Shown in pieces: positions 19,795 through 30,200 of a stretch of 64,000 bases of DNA. The DNA comes from Candidatus Krumholzibacteriia bacterium (GTDB taxonomy: Bacteria; Krumholzibacteriota; Krumholzibacteriia; LZORAL124-64-63). Within the stretch, counting starts at the first letter, position 1. Every line of letters starts with the position of its first letter. The translations under genes were made by a program, and so were the position numbers. Location of the stretch: assembly GCA_024762975.1 (NCBI GenBank), contig JANTGJ010000003.1, forward strand, positions 2,736 to 66,735, in the 5' to 3' direction. The notes beneath the pieces were generated by a model. That model searched no databases, was not told the DNA's origin, and worked only from the letters and a program-made list of their open reading frames with translations.

Positions 19795-20537
19795 CGCAAT
19801 ACCTCCCCGGTCTTCTCCTCGTGCACGCCGATACGCCAGGAACCGTAGATTCGTCCACTGAATCCCTCCAGCGAAACGTCCCGATCATACTGGCTGTCGA
19901 CGTTGCCGCCGCCGAGACTGGCGCCGAATTCGGCGCCCATCGCGAACCGGCCGTCGCTCCACCGCCACTCCGGTCCCATGGTGAGCAGTAGTTGACGGCC
20001 CCAACCGACATCCTCGGAGACTCCTCCTTCGAAGTAGGGGTAGGTCGAGAAATACGGGGCGGTCTCCTGGAGTCGGCTGATCTGGACGGCGGCGCCTACG
20101 TTCATGCGAAAAAATTGCAGGCCCGTCAGATTGGTGCGAATTCCGAATATCACGGGGATGGTCTCGAGTTCAATCCCGGTGGAACCGCGAAATGTGGCGT
20201 CGCCCGTTTCGAGCTCGGTCGAACGTTTTCCGTAGCCGATCGCGAACAGGAACTCGTTGTTCCGTCCGATGCTGGTCGTCAGCCCGATCCGAGCCGAGGG
20301 AAGCACACCGTAGTCGTCGCTCATGTCGGAGTTCGAGAAGGCCAGCAATCCGTACCCGGCTTCGATCCGGTACTCGACGCGAGGAATCGAAATCCCGCCC
20401 TGGTAGGCTCCGGGCTCGAATCCGGTCGGATGAGCGGGTTCCTCGCCCGCAAAGGCGGCACTGGTGGCAACGCCCAACAGGACGCAGGCCCCGAAGGCGA
20501 GTCGCAAACACAGCGAAAGATTCGATCGTGGAGACAC
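19791..20537 (-). CDS. putative outer-membrane beta-barrel protein
   Basis: GTG start 20537 after GGAAGGGG. Signal peptide (..LAFGACVLLGVATSAAFA|GEEP). Alternating amphipathic beta-strand pattern with a Gly/aromatic-rich sequence. Translationally coupled to the DUF2330 gene. Confidence 0.5.
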   Translation of the reverse strand: MSPRSNLSLCLRLAFGACVLLGVATSAAFAGEEPAHPTGFEPGAYQGGISIPRVEYRIEAGYGLLAFSNSDMSDDYGVLPSARIGLTTSIGRNNEFLFAIGYGKRSTELETGDATFRGSTGIELETIPVIFGIRTNLTGLQFFRMNVGAAVQISRLQETAPYFSTYPYFEGGVSEDVGWGRQLLLTMGPEWRWSDGRFAMGAEFGASLGGGNVDSQYDRDVSLEGFSGRIYGSWRIGVHEEKTGEVLR

Positions 20538-20804
20538 AGCTGCCCCTTCCGTTCGTGAACCAGAAAAGAAAAGAGCCGCAACAGGGGAGGGCCGATACAC
20601 GGCCCATGCGGATATCGAAAACGAGGAGGTCGGGCGGATCCCACCAAGCCCGGTACCAATCTGAGAATAGCCGAAGCGTCAGCTGCTGTCAAATGGTCTG
20701 AAAATGAGAGGAATCGCGTGATCAGGTGGTTCGGGAGACGGTGTTCCGATTTCCCCGCTGGAGGGAGTCGGGGCGGATTTCGCCGCCCCCCTCCATTGCC
20801 GGAG

Positions 20805-22205
20805 CTAGGGCTTGAACAACCCCTGCGCCGCTTCGTAGATCGTCTCGGACAGCGTCGGATGCGGGTGGATCGTGCGGCGCAGATCCTCCGATACCGCCGC
20901 CATTTCCATCGCCAGCACTCCTTCGGCAATCAATTCGCCCGCACCCGGGCCGGCCACTGCCAAGCCCAGGACGCGGTCGGTTTCGGGGTCGGTGATGATC
21001 TTCGTGATTCCGTCGTCGCGGCCCAGCGTCAGAGTGCGTCCGTTGCCGCGCCAAGGCAGTTTCGCAGTGGTGACCTTGATCTTCCGCGCGCGCGCCTCGG
21101 TCTCGGTCAGGCCGCACCAGGCAATCTCCGGGTCCGTGAAAACAACGGCGGGAATCGCGCGCGGATCGTACTGGGCCTGACGGCCGGCGGCGGCCTCGGC
21201 GGCAACGTCGGCCTCGCCGTAGGCCTTGTGGGCCAACATCGGTTCTCCGGCGATGTCTCCGATGGCGAAGATGTGCGGTTCGGCCGTGCGGCGCTGTCCG
21301 TCCACGACGATGAAGCCCTTCTCGTCGACCTGGATCCCCGTATTGTCTAGGCCCAGATTCCCGGTATTGGGCTTGCGGCCAATGGAAATCAGCACCTTGG
21401 CAAAATTTTCCCGAGTCACCTCGCCCTTCTTGTCTTCGAGCGAAACCGCTACGTGATCGCCTTCGTCTTTCAACTCGGCGACCTTCGTGTTCATCAGGAT
21501 GCGGTCGAATTTCTTGTCCAGGCGCCGCTTGAGCACTGATACCAAGTCGCGATCGGCGCCGGGCAACAGTTCTCTGGTCATCTCGACGACGGTGACTTTC
21601 GAGCCCAGCGCGGCGTAGACCGAACCCAATTCCAGGCCGATGTATCCGCCGCCGACCACCAGCAGCGACTCGGGTACGTCGGCGAGTTCGAGCGCGCCGG
21701 TGGAATCCAGGATGCGGTCGGTGCAGGCAACGCCCGGCAGGATGAACGGTCGCGAGCCGGTGGCCAGGATGGCCTGCTCGAACTTCATCTCACCCTGCTT
21801 GCCGTCGATACCGGCGACCTCGAGCGTATGGCTGTCCTTCAGCCGGGCCAGTCCCCGCACGTGGGTCAGTTTCTTCTGCGTAACCTTCATGCCCAGTCCG
21901 CCGGTCAGCTTGCCGACGACTTCGTTCTTCCACTCGCGGACGCGATCCAGGTCAATCTCGGGCTTGCTGAATTTCACGCCGATCCCGGCCGATTCCTCGG
22001 CCTCGTTGACCAGCTTGGCCACGTGCAACAGCGCCTTCGAGGGGATGCAGCCACGGTGCAGGCAGACGCCGCCCGGGTTCTCCTCCGGATCGATCAATGT
22101 GACGTCCAGGCCCAATTCGGCCGCGTGGAATGCCGCGTGGTATCCGCCGGGACCGGCGCCTACCACAACCAGTGACGCCGAGGCAGGAATGCTGTTTTCG
22201 CTCAT
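20805..22205 (-). CDS. lpdA: dihydrolipoyl dehydrogenase (E3)
   Basis: FAD-binding VVVGAGPGGY and redox-active disulfide GGVCLHRGCIPSK. 466 aa. Immediately downstream of the E2 gene. Confidence 0.9.
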   Translation of the reverse strand: MSENSIPASASLVVVGAGPGGYHAAFHAAELGLDVTLIDPEENPGGVCLHRGCIPSKALLHVAKLVNEAEESAGIGVKFSKPEIDLDRVREWKNEVVGKLTGGLGMKVTQKKLTHVRGLARLKDSHTLEVAGIDGKQGEMKFEQAILATGSRPFILPGVACTDRILDSTGALELADVPESLLVVGGGYIGLELGSVYAALGSKVTVVEMTRELLPGADRDLVSVLKRRLDKKFDRILMNTKVAELKDEGDHVAVSLEDKKGEVTRENFAKVLISIGRKPNTGNLGLDNTGIQVDEKGFIVVDGQRRTAEPHIFAIGDIAGEPMLAHKAYGEADVAAEAAAGRQAQYDPRAIPAVVFTDPEIAWCGLTETEARARKIKVTTAKLPWRGNGRTLTLGRDDGITKIITDPETDRVLGLAVAGPGAGELIAEGVLAMEMAAVSEDLRRTIHPHPTLSETIYEAAQGLFKP

Positions 22206-22209
22206 GCCC

Positions 22210-23550
22210 TTATCCCTTCATCACCAAATGAATCGGATTTTCGATCGCTTCGCAGATCCAGCGCAGGAAGCGCGCCCCGTCCGCTCCGTCGATGACTCGA
22301 TGGTCGTAGGTCAGCGACAGAGGCATCACCAGTCGGGGCTCGAACTCGTCGCCGTTCCAGACCGGTCGCATCTCGCTGCGCGAGACTCCCAAGATAGCCA
22401 CCTGCGGCGCATACACAATCGGCGTGAAGGCCGTGCCTCCGATACCACCCAGGTTGCTGATCGTGAACGTGCCGCCCTCCATCTCGGCCGGGCTGATCTT
22501 CCGTTCGCGGGTCTTGGCCGCCAATTCGTTCAACTCGCCGGCAAGAGTCTCGATTCCCTTGGTTTCCGCATCGCGGATGACCGGGACCAACAGTCCGCCC
22601 GGGGTGTCGACAGCGACGCCGATATGAATCGAATGCTTGACGATCAGCTCCTTGCGGGCCAGATCCAGGCTGCTGTTGAAGCGGGGGAAGGCTTTCAGGG
22701 CCGCGGCGCATACCTTGACCAGGAAGGCCGTCATCGTCAGCTTGGCGCCGCCCCGGTTCCGGGCGTTGTGGTCCTTGCGGAAGGTCTCCAGATCGCTGAT
22801 CACGGCGTGATCATACTGCGTGACCATCGGTATCGTGGACCAGGCATAGCTCATGGCATCGGCGGTGATCTCCCGGATCCGCGACACGGGCTCCTGGGTC
22901 ACGGGTCCCCACCGGGTGAAGTCCGGCAACGGACGCTGGGCATGCAGGCCGGGGAACTCGCCCGTTGCGCGGGGAGCCGGACCGCCACCGGTCAGACGTT
23001 GCATCGTGTCCTGTACGAAGGACCGCACATCGTCCTCGCTGATCCGGCCCGCCGGACCGGTGCCCTGAATCTGATAGATGTCCGCGCCCAATTCGCGGGC
23101 CAGACGGCGCACCGAAGGAGCTGCCGGTGCGACCTGATCCCCCTGGCGCACCGCCGCGAGATCGACGGTCGCGGGTGCCGGATGCACCGGGGCCGGAGCC
23201 GGGGGCAGTGGTGCTGCCGGTTCCGCGGCAGCCTCCACGGCAGGCGGCGGGGAGGGCGCATCGGCTTCGGGCTCCGATTCCGGCTCGGGCGGGGGGCTTG
23301 CCGCAACGGCTTCCCCCGCTTCGCCGGCCATGATCACGGCGCCGATCTTGACCTTGTCGCCCTCGGCCACATCAATCCGTGTGATGACGCCGGAGAACGG
23401 CGCGGGGATCGCCACCACCGCTTTGTCCGTTTCCATCTCCAGCAGCGTCTGATCGGCTTCGACGGTTTCACCCACGGAGACGTTCAACGCGATGACGGTG
23501 CCTTCGGAGACGCCGTCCGAAACCTCGGGTACGTGTATTTCCTGAGCCAT
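22210..23550 (-). CDS. aceF: dihydrolipoamide acetyltransferase (E2) of the pyruvate dehydrogenase complex
   Basis: Lipoyl domain with the lipoyl-Lys motif LEMETDKAVVAIPAP. Ala/Pro-rich linkers. E3-binding domain (SVRRLARELGADIYQIQGTGPAGRI). Catalytic DHRVIDGA motif. Strong SD GGGAAGGAAGAAG before the ATG. Confidence 0.9.
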   Translation of the reverse strand: MAQEIHVPEVSDGVSEGTVIALNVSVGETVEADQTLLEMETDKAVVAIPAPFSGVITRIDVAEGDKVKIGAVIMAGEAGEAVAASPPPEPESEPEADAPSPPPAVEAAAEPAAPLPPAPAPVHPAPATVDLAAVRQGDQVAPAAPSVRRLARELGADIYQIQGTGPAGRISEDDVRSFVQDTMQRLTGGGPAPRATGEFPGLHAQRPLPDFTRWGPVTQEPVSRIREITADAMSYAWSTIPMVTQYDHAVISDLETFRKDHNARNRGGAKLTMTAFLVKVCAAALKAFPRFNSSLDLARKELIVKHSIHIGVAVDTPGGLLVPVIRDAETKGIETLAGELNELAAKTRERKISPAEMEGGTFTISNLGGIGGTAFTPIVYAPQVAILGVSRSEMRPVWNGDEFEPRLVMPLSLTYDHRVIDGADGARFLRWICEAIENPIHLVMKG

Positions 23551-23588
23551 CTTCTTCCTTCCCTGCCGAATCCCAGGCCTGTTCCGGA

Positions 23589-26276
23589 TCAGTCCAGGTG
23601 CGGGTTGAGTTTGTCGGGATCAATCTTCAAATCGGTGAGCGCCTTGTGCACCTTCTCCATGGGAATCTCGCCGTTGTCAGCGAGGCGGCGCAGGGTCGCG
23701 AGTGTCAGGTAGCGATGATCGACCTCGAAAAAGTCGCGCAGCCGTGCACGACCGTCGCTGCGGCCGAAGCCATCGGTACCGAGACAGTGCAATGCGTGGG
23801 GGAACCATTGTGCAATCGTCGCGGGCAGAATCTTCATATAGTCCGAGGCAGCGACGAACACGCCCTTCTCCCGCGCCAGCAGATCGGTCACATAGGGTGT
23901 GCGCGGCGACTGATCCGGATGCAACAGATTCCAGCGCTCGACCTCGATCGCGTCGCGGTACAATTCCTTGTAGCTGGTCACACTCCATACGTCTGCCGCT
24001 ACGCCGTAGTCCTTTTCCAACAACTCCTGGGCCTTGAGCGCCTCGTTCAGGATTGCTCCGGAACCCAGCAGGTGGGCGCGCAACTTGGCCTGGGCACCCT
24101 TCTTCGTGGTCGCTCGCAGGCGGTACATGCCTTTCAGGATGCCTTCCTTGATGTCCGGACGCTGCGGCATCGCGGGCATCCGGTAGGTCTCGTTCATCAC
24201 CGTCAGGTAGTAGATCCAATCTTCCTGGTTGCAGTACATCCGGTTGAGTCCGTCCTGGACGATCACCGCCAACTCGTAGGCGAAGGCGGGGTCATAGGCC
24301 TTGACCCGGGTCGGCGCCAGGGCCAGTACATGACTGTGGCCGTCCTGATGCTGCAACCCCTCACCGGCCAGCGTCGTCCGGCCGGCCGTCGCACCGATCA
24401 GGAAGCCGCGCGCCCGCGAATCGCAGGCCTGCCAGATCTGATCGCCGACCCGCTGGAATCCGAACATCGAGTAGAACGTGTAGAACGGAATCGTCTGCAC
24501 GCCGTTGTTCGCGTGCGAGGTTCCTGCGGCGATGAAACTGGCCATGGACCCCGCTTCGCTCAGACCTTCCTCGAGAATCGCCCCGGTCTTTCTCTCGTTG
24601 TAGAAGAGCAGACTTCCCTTGTCGACGGGCTCGTACAACTGGCCGGAATGGCTGTAGATGCCGGCCTGGCGGAAGAGCGATTCCATGCCGAAAGTGCGCG
24701 CTTCATCCGGCACGATGGGCACGATCAGTTTGCCGAGCTCCGGATCCCTCAGCATCTTGGCCAGCAGGTGAACATAGGCCATGGTCGTGGCCAACTCGCG
24801 CTCGCCCGAACCGTCGAAGTACTCGCGGATCAACTCGTCGGTGTAACACGCCATCGGTTGCGAGGTGCTGACCCGCATCGGCAACGAGCCGCCCAACTCG
24901 CCGCGTCGCCGCTTCAGGTACTTCAACTCGGGGCTGTCCTCGTCCGGACGGTAGAACGGGGCCTCGGCGATGTCTTCGTCACTGACCGGAATATTGAATC
25001 GTGTCCGGAATTCCTTCAGTTCCTCCTCGTTCAGCTTCTTTTGCGAGTGTGTGATGTTCTTTCCTTCTCCGGCCTCGCCCAAGCCGTAGCCCTTGATGGT
25101 CTGGGCCAGGATCACCGTCGGCGCCCCCCGATGTTCGATCGCGGCCTGGTAGGCGGCGTGCACCTTCTGGGGATCATGGCCGCCGCGACGCAGGCGCGCG
25201 ATCTGGTCGTCGTTGTAGCCGGAGACCAACTCCAGCAACTCGGGATATTTTCCGAAGAAATTCTCACGAATGTATCCGCCGTTCGAAACCGTGTAGCGCT
25301 GCATTTCGCCATCCAGTACCTCGTCCATGCGCTGCATCAGGCGGCCCGAGGTGTCCTTTTCCAGCAGCCGATCCCAGTCACCGCCCCAGACGACCTTCAG
25401 AACGTTCCAACCGGCTCCGCGGAATGCGGCTTCGAGCTCCTGCATGATCTTGCCGTTGCCGCGTACCGGCCCGTCCAGTCGTTGCAGGTTGCAGTTCACG
25501 ACGAAGATCAGGTTGTCCAGGTTCTCGCGCGAGGCCAGGGTGATGGCGCCCAGGCTCTCGGGTTCGTCCATCTCGCCGTCACCGAGCATCGCCCAGACCT
25601 TGCGTCCGCTGGCCTTGCGCAGGCCGCGATCGACGAGGTAGTGGTTGAAGCGGGCCTGGTAGATGGCCGAGATCGCGGTCAGCCCCATCGAGACGGTGGG
25701 GAACTCCCAGAAATCGGGCATCAGGAACGGATGCGGGTAGGACGAAAGCCCTCCGCCCGGGCGCAATTCGGCCCGGAAGCCGCGCAGGTCGTCGGCATCG
25801 AGCCGTCCCTCGAGGTAGGCGCGTGCATAGACGCCGGGCGAAGCATGGCCCTGGAAGAACACCATGTCGCCCAGGAATTCGTCCGTGCGACCTCGCCAGA
25901 AGTGGTTGAAACCGATCTCCCACAACGTGGCCGCCGAGGCGTAGGTCGAGATATGACCGCCAATTCCGGGATTCTCCCGGTTCGCCTGAACGACCATGGC
26001 CATCGCGTTCCAGCGCACGAGCGACTTGATGCGGCGCTCGATCTCCCGGTCGCCGGGAAAAACGGGTTGATCCGCGGTCGGGATGGTATTGATGTAGGGC
26101 GTGTTCGCGGTGAACGGGATGCTGACGCCCTGTTCCTGTGCCCGGGTTTGCAGCTGCCGCAGGATCTGTCGCACGCGATCCGGACCCTGCTGTTGCAGGA
26201 CGTAGTCCAGCGACTGTCGCCATTCGCTATTTTCGATTTCCCGCAGTTCGGCATCGTGGGGAAGCTTGTCCGCCAT
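23589..26276 (-). CDS. aceE: pyruvate dehydrogenase E1 component, homodimeric type
   Basis: 895 aa. N-terminus MADKLPHDAELREIENSEWRQSLDYVLQQQGPDRVRQIL and the ThDP-binding region are typical of AceE. It heads the aceE-aceF-lpdA operon on the minus strand. Confidence 0.9.
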   Translation of the reverse strand: MADKLPHDAELREIENSEWRQSLDYVLQQQGPDRVRQILRQLQTRAQEQGVSIPFTANTPYINTIPTADQPVFPGDREIERRIKSLVRWNAMAMVVQANRENPGIGGHISTYASAATLWEIGFNHFWRGRTDEFLGDMVFFQGHASPGVYARAYLEGRLDADDLRGFRAELRPGGGLSSYPHPFLMPDFWEFPTVSMGLTAISAIYQARFNHYLVDRGLRKASGRKVWAMLGDGEMDEPESLGAITLASRENLDNLIFVVNCNLQRLDGPVRGNGKIMQELEAAFRGAGWNVLKVVWGGDWDRLLEKDTSGRLMQRMDEVLDGEMQRYTVSNGGYIRENFFGKYPELLELVSGYNDDQIARLRRGGHDPQKVHAAYQAAIEHRGAPTVILAQTIKGYGLGEAGEGKNITHSQKKLNEEELKEFRTRFNIPVSDEDIAEAPFYRPDEDSPELKYLKRRRGELGGSLPMRVSTSQPMACYTDELIREYFDGSGERELATTMAYVHLLAKMLRDPELGKLIVPIVPDEARTFGMESLFRQAGIYSHSGQLYEPVDKGSLLFYNERKTGAILEEGLSEAGSMASFIAAGTSHANNGVQTIPFYTFYSMFGFQRVGDQIWQACDSRARGFLIGATAGRTTLAGEGLQHQDGHSHVLALAPTRVKAYDPAFAYELAVIVQDGLNRMYCNQEDWIYYLTVMNETYRMPAMPQRPDIKEGILKGMYRLRATTKKGAQAKLRAHLLGSGAILNEALKAQELLEKDYGVAADVWSVTSYKELYRDAIEVERWNLLHPDQSPRTPYVTDLLAREKGVFVAASDYMKILPATIAQWFPHALHCLGTDGFGRSDGRARLRDFFEVDHRYLTLATLRRLADNGEIPMEKVHKALTDLKIDPDKLNPHLD

Positions 26277-26401
26277 TGCTCTCGGCTCCTGGTACGGTGG
26301 AAACAGTGAATTTGAGGGTCACAATCTAGTGGAAATTCCCTCCGGGGGATACCCCCGGCGAGTGAATTTGATCAAATTGTTGCAAGGGAAGGGGAGTGGA
26401 G

Positions 26402-27187
26402 TCAGCGCAACAGCACGCCTCGCTGCCAGTGAACCTTTCCGGAGCTTCGAAGACGAAAGAGATAGATCCCGCTCGGCACCGCGCGCCCGTTCGCTGCGCG
26501 GCCGCTCCACTCGACCTTCTGGGGCCCTGCGGACAGAACCCTGTCGGCCAGCACGGCGACTTCGCGGCCCCGCAGATCGAGGACCTCGAGACGAGCTGGA
26601 CCGGAACGATCGAGCTCGAAATGGATCCAGGTTCGCGGGTTGAACGGATTCGGGGCTACCCTGAGGCCGGACGTGACGGCCGGCACCCGTGGATCGGTTC
26701 CGCTGCCTGAACCGACGGTCACTTTTCCGTCCGAGAGCAACACGTCTTCATACCAACTGCCGTCCGTCATCGAAAGACTGACCTGGACTGCCGTCACCGG
26801 GCAGATACCGTTGGCCAGCGTTTCGAAGTCCCAATGGTACAACTCACCCGGTCCCTGCACGAAGAGTCCGGCTCCCATCAGGACCGCGTAGCCGTGCCAG
26901 GTGCCCGGCTCGTCTTCTTCGAATCCGGCAAAGGTGAAGATACCGCTGTCGGTGTAGAGTGTACCCTCGGCGCCACCGAGCGACCGGACGACCGTGGTGT
27001 CGTAATCGACAACGACGTCCAGAGTGCGCACCTCGAGCATCTCGTCGATGCGGATCGAGAGACGGCCGGATTCGCCGACGGCGAGCTGGGTGTCGGGAGG
27101 ATCGAAACGCAGATGGACCTGAGCGAGGGCCGCGGCGGCGGTCAGCAACAGAACGCAGAACAGTACCGCTGATACGCTCCCTCTCAT
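26402..27187 (-). CDS. secreted hypothetical protein with a T9SS-type C-terminal sorting domain
   Basis: ATG 27187 five nt after GGAGGA. Signal peptide MRGSVSAVLFCVLLLTAAAALAQ. C-terminal NPFNPRTWIHF...GIYLFRL domain. The ORF track extends upstream to 27370. Confidence 0.7.
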   Translation of the reverse strand: MRGSVSAVLFCVLLLTAAAALAQVHLRFDPPDTQLAVGESGRLSIRIDEMLEVRTLDVVVDYDTTVVRSLGGAEGTLYTDSGIFTFAGFEEDEPGTWHGYAVLMGAGLFVQGPGELYHWDFETLANGICPVTAVQVSLSMTDGSWYEDVLLSDGKVTVGSGSGTDPRVPAVTSGLRVAPNPFNPRTWIHFELDRSGPARLEVLDLRGREVAVLADRVLSAGPQKVEWSGRAANGRAVPSGIYLFRLRSSGKVHWQRGVLLR

Positions 27188-27261
27188 TTCAATCCTCCCG
27201 GTTCGGATAGCCCATTGCGTTGCGCCGCGCCGGTGGGACCGGCACGGCGCAAACCAGGCTG

Positions 27262-30200
27262 TTACTTCATCAAGGTCATCTTGCGCACCTGGCTGTACGG
27301 CCCCGCTTCGATGCGGAAGAAATACGTGCCCGAAGCCACGCTCTTGCCCGCGTCGTCGCGTCCATACCATACCACATCGTGCGCACCGCGCCCGCGAACC
27401 TCGTCCAGTAGGGTCGCGATCTTGCGTCCGTCCACACCGTAGACCGTCATCCGCACCGTTTGCGCCTCGGGCAGATCAAAGCGAATCGTCGTCTTCGGAT
27501 TGAACGGGTTGGGGTAGTTGCCATGCAGCGCAAAGACGCTGGGCAGGGCGGTACCGCTGGTCCGGTCCAGTGCGTACTGGATCTCACGGTTGTCGACGCC
27601 GCGTGCCACGATCGTCAGCGATGCGGGGTCAACCGGCGCACCGGTGCGAACGATCAGCAGGTCGCCCTCGCCGGCGAAGGTCCGGTTCAGACCCATCACC
27701 GCCAGGTTGGCATCCAGTTTCTCACCCACATTCTGCAGGAACGTCGCCGAGGGCTGCTCGGCCAGCAGGTCACCGGCCGTCACCGCCGTCACCGGCAGAT
27801 CACCGCGCAGGCGCAGGCCCTTCAGGGCGTCTCCCGAGACCAGACGCAGGGCGTAGGAACCGTCCTGCAGATCGACCCAGGCCAGATCGATGGACTTGTC
27901 CTGCGGCGCATCGGCCTTGGCCGCCGCCACGACGCCGAAGTTCATCGCGAAGACCATCAGATCCTCGAAGTTGACGATACTGTCGGTCGTCGGGATGCCC
28001 AGTCGGCTCATGTCGTCGGTCGGGCCGACGTCCAGGACACCTTCCGGGTCGTTGTGGCCAATGACCGTACCGAAGGATGCCGCCAGCTCGTTCATGTCGA
28101 ACGGGTCGACTTCGCCGTTGGGCACCGGATCGACGGAGGAGTCACCATAGACGTCGCCCAGCCAGTAATTCGTTGCGCGGTCATTGGTCGGTGCGGCAGC
28201 ACTGACATTGCCGGCCGCGTCCTCCGCGAAGACCTCATACGTGTAGATGCCGCGGCTGTTGGGGCCGTAGCTGAAGTTGTCGGTATAGGTGTTGGAGCCC
28301 ACCGCCACCGTGCCGGCCAGAACCCACTCGGGATCCAGGTTGGCCGCCGCCGGCGAGACAGGCCGCACCGACGGAGTCGCCGGAGCCTGGTCGTCGTACT
28401 CGGGATACGCGCTGGTGCCGACCGTTCCGTCATGCCACAGCCCGCGGTAGATGCGGTAGTAGGCCACATCGCTCCCATCATGGGTCCACGAGACATTCAC
28501 CTTGTTGTGGCCCGGCTCCGCCGAGATGTCCGTAACCGCATCCGGTGGTGTGCAGTCGTAGGTGATCGTCGCGCCGGTCAGGGCGACCGGGATGGTGTTG
28601 TTGTCCGGGTCGCGCAGGGTCAGACTGTCGAAGACCACGTCACCGACCACATTGCCCGTCGCCGAGAAAGTGATCCGGAACAGGTCGGTCGTGCCTGCGC
28701 CCGTGACCGGGAAGGTCGGGTTGCCGACCGTGGAACCGGTGATCGTCCACTGGTTGGTCCCGGTGGATAGGGCGAAGAAGGTATTGTTCACGTCGCCGAA
28801 GGGCTCGAGGTCCTCGACCAGGCCGAAGTCCAGGCCCGGCGTCGCACTGACCACCGCATTGTACAGGAACATGTCCGGTGTGTAGTCGTCGGCCGTGAAG
28901 CTGAAAGTCAATGTGACGGTCTGGCCGCAGTTCAGCGGTCCGGTCGTCACCGGGACGATATCGCCGCCGGCCATGCCCGTCCACGGGTCGAACAGGATGT
29001 TGTCCGAGACCTCGTTGCCCTCGCCGAAGGGGTTGGCCAGCAGGTGTAGCGGACCCGATGCATGGCCCCACCAGTTGCCGATCATGTCGGCCACCTCGAC
29101 GGCGTTGGAATAGGCTCCGTACGTAGTGTTGCCGAAGATCTCGTTGCCGGTGCCCGAGGCGTTCAGGACCAGTCCGCCGAAGTCGTAGTAGACGACGCCC
29201 CAGTCCCAATTCGTCACCGTCGAGTTGGTTATCGAAAAGGTCACCGGGCCGGAGCCGTAGGCCGTCGGACCCCACGAATCGGTCGCGCCGGTGCCGGTAA
29301 ACGTGCTCCCGTCGATCGAGACCACGATCGGGGCCTTGCCGGCCTGGGACCCGTTGCTGTCATAGGGCTGCGCGGGCAGGGGAGTGTCCCCGTCGCCGGC
29401 TTTGGCACCGCCACTGTAAGCATACAGGGCATCACCGACCGGGTTGATCACCGATCCGTTGTTGAACGAACCGCCGCCGTCGGAGAAATAGATGCTCGTC
29501 TGGCAGCCGTCGAGCGTACAACCGTCGAAATACGCCAAACCATCGCCGACAGCCAGCATTCCCGAGGCCGACCAGCTACCGCCCGTGTAGGCCATTCCGG
29601 TCGCCGTACAGTCGTTGACATTCACGACGGCCTCGTAGCCGACCTGGATCCCGTTCTGGGCCGTCACATCCGTGGGACCCTGTCCGAAGGTGTCGACGCG
29701 CAACAGGTCACCGGTCAGTCCGGCGCCGGCTAGCGCCACGGCGGTTTTCTGGAAGTCAAGAACCTGCACGTCGGTCATGTCCATCTGATGCGGTCCACCG
29801 TTGTCGGTATAGACGTAGGCGCCAACACCGTGCTGCGCACCGCTGAACGGAGTATCCATGATATTCAGGATCTGGACGTTGGTCAGCGAGCCGCCGGCGT
29901 TGTAGAAGCCGAAACCCAGGAATCTGGAGTTGGCATTGCCGCGACCCAGGCCGTCGACCGTCAGGTCTGCGAAATTGACTCCGCCGACACCGACCACGCC
30001 CACGACCGCGTGATTGTCCGCCGAGGTCGTAAACGAATTGGCCAGCGTGGCAGGCGAGTCGATAAATGTCGAACCACTGCCCGCACCGCTGATGGTCAGG
30101 TTCGGTGTCGTGACCAGGAGTTGCTCCTCGAAGTGACCGGTCCGGACACTGATCAGGTCGCCGGCCGCAGCGCCGTCGATCGCAAACTGGATGCCCATGC

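Noticed and set aside
26342-26358. CCGGGGG-ATA-CCCCCGG palindrome between the 26402 gene end and the aceE start
   Set aside because: Short 7-bp stem with no U-tract on either strand. It is not a convincing terminator or operator.
27200-27233. Imperfect 13-bp GC hairpin between the two co-directional T9SS-tail genes
   Set aside because: One mismatch and no U-tract. It may be mRNA structure but is not a clear terminator.
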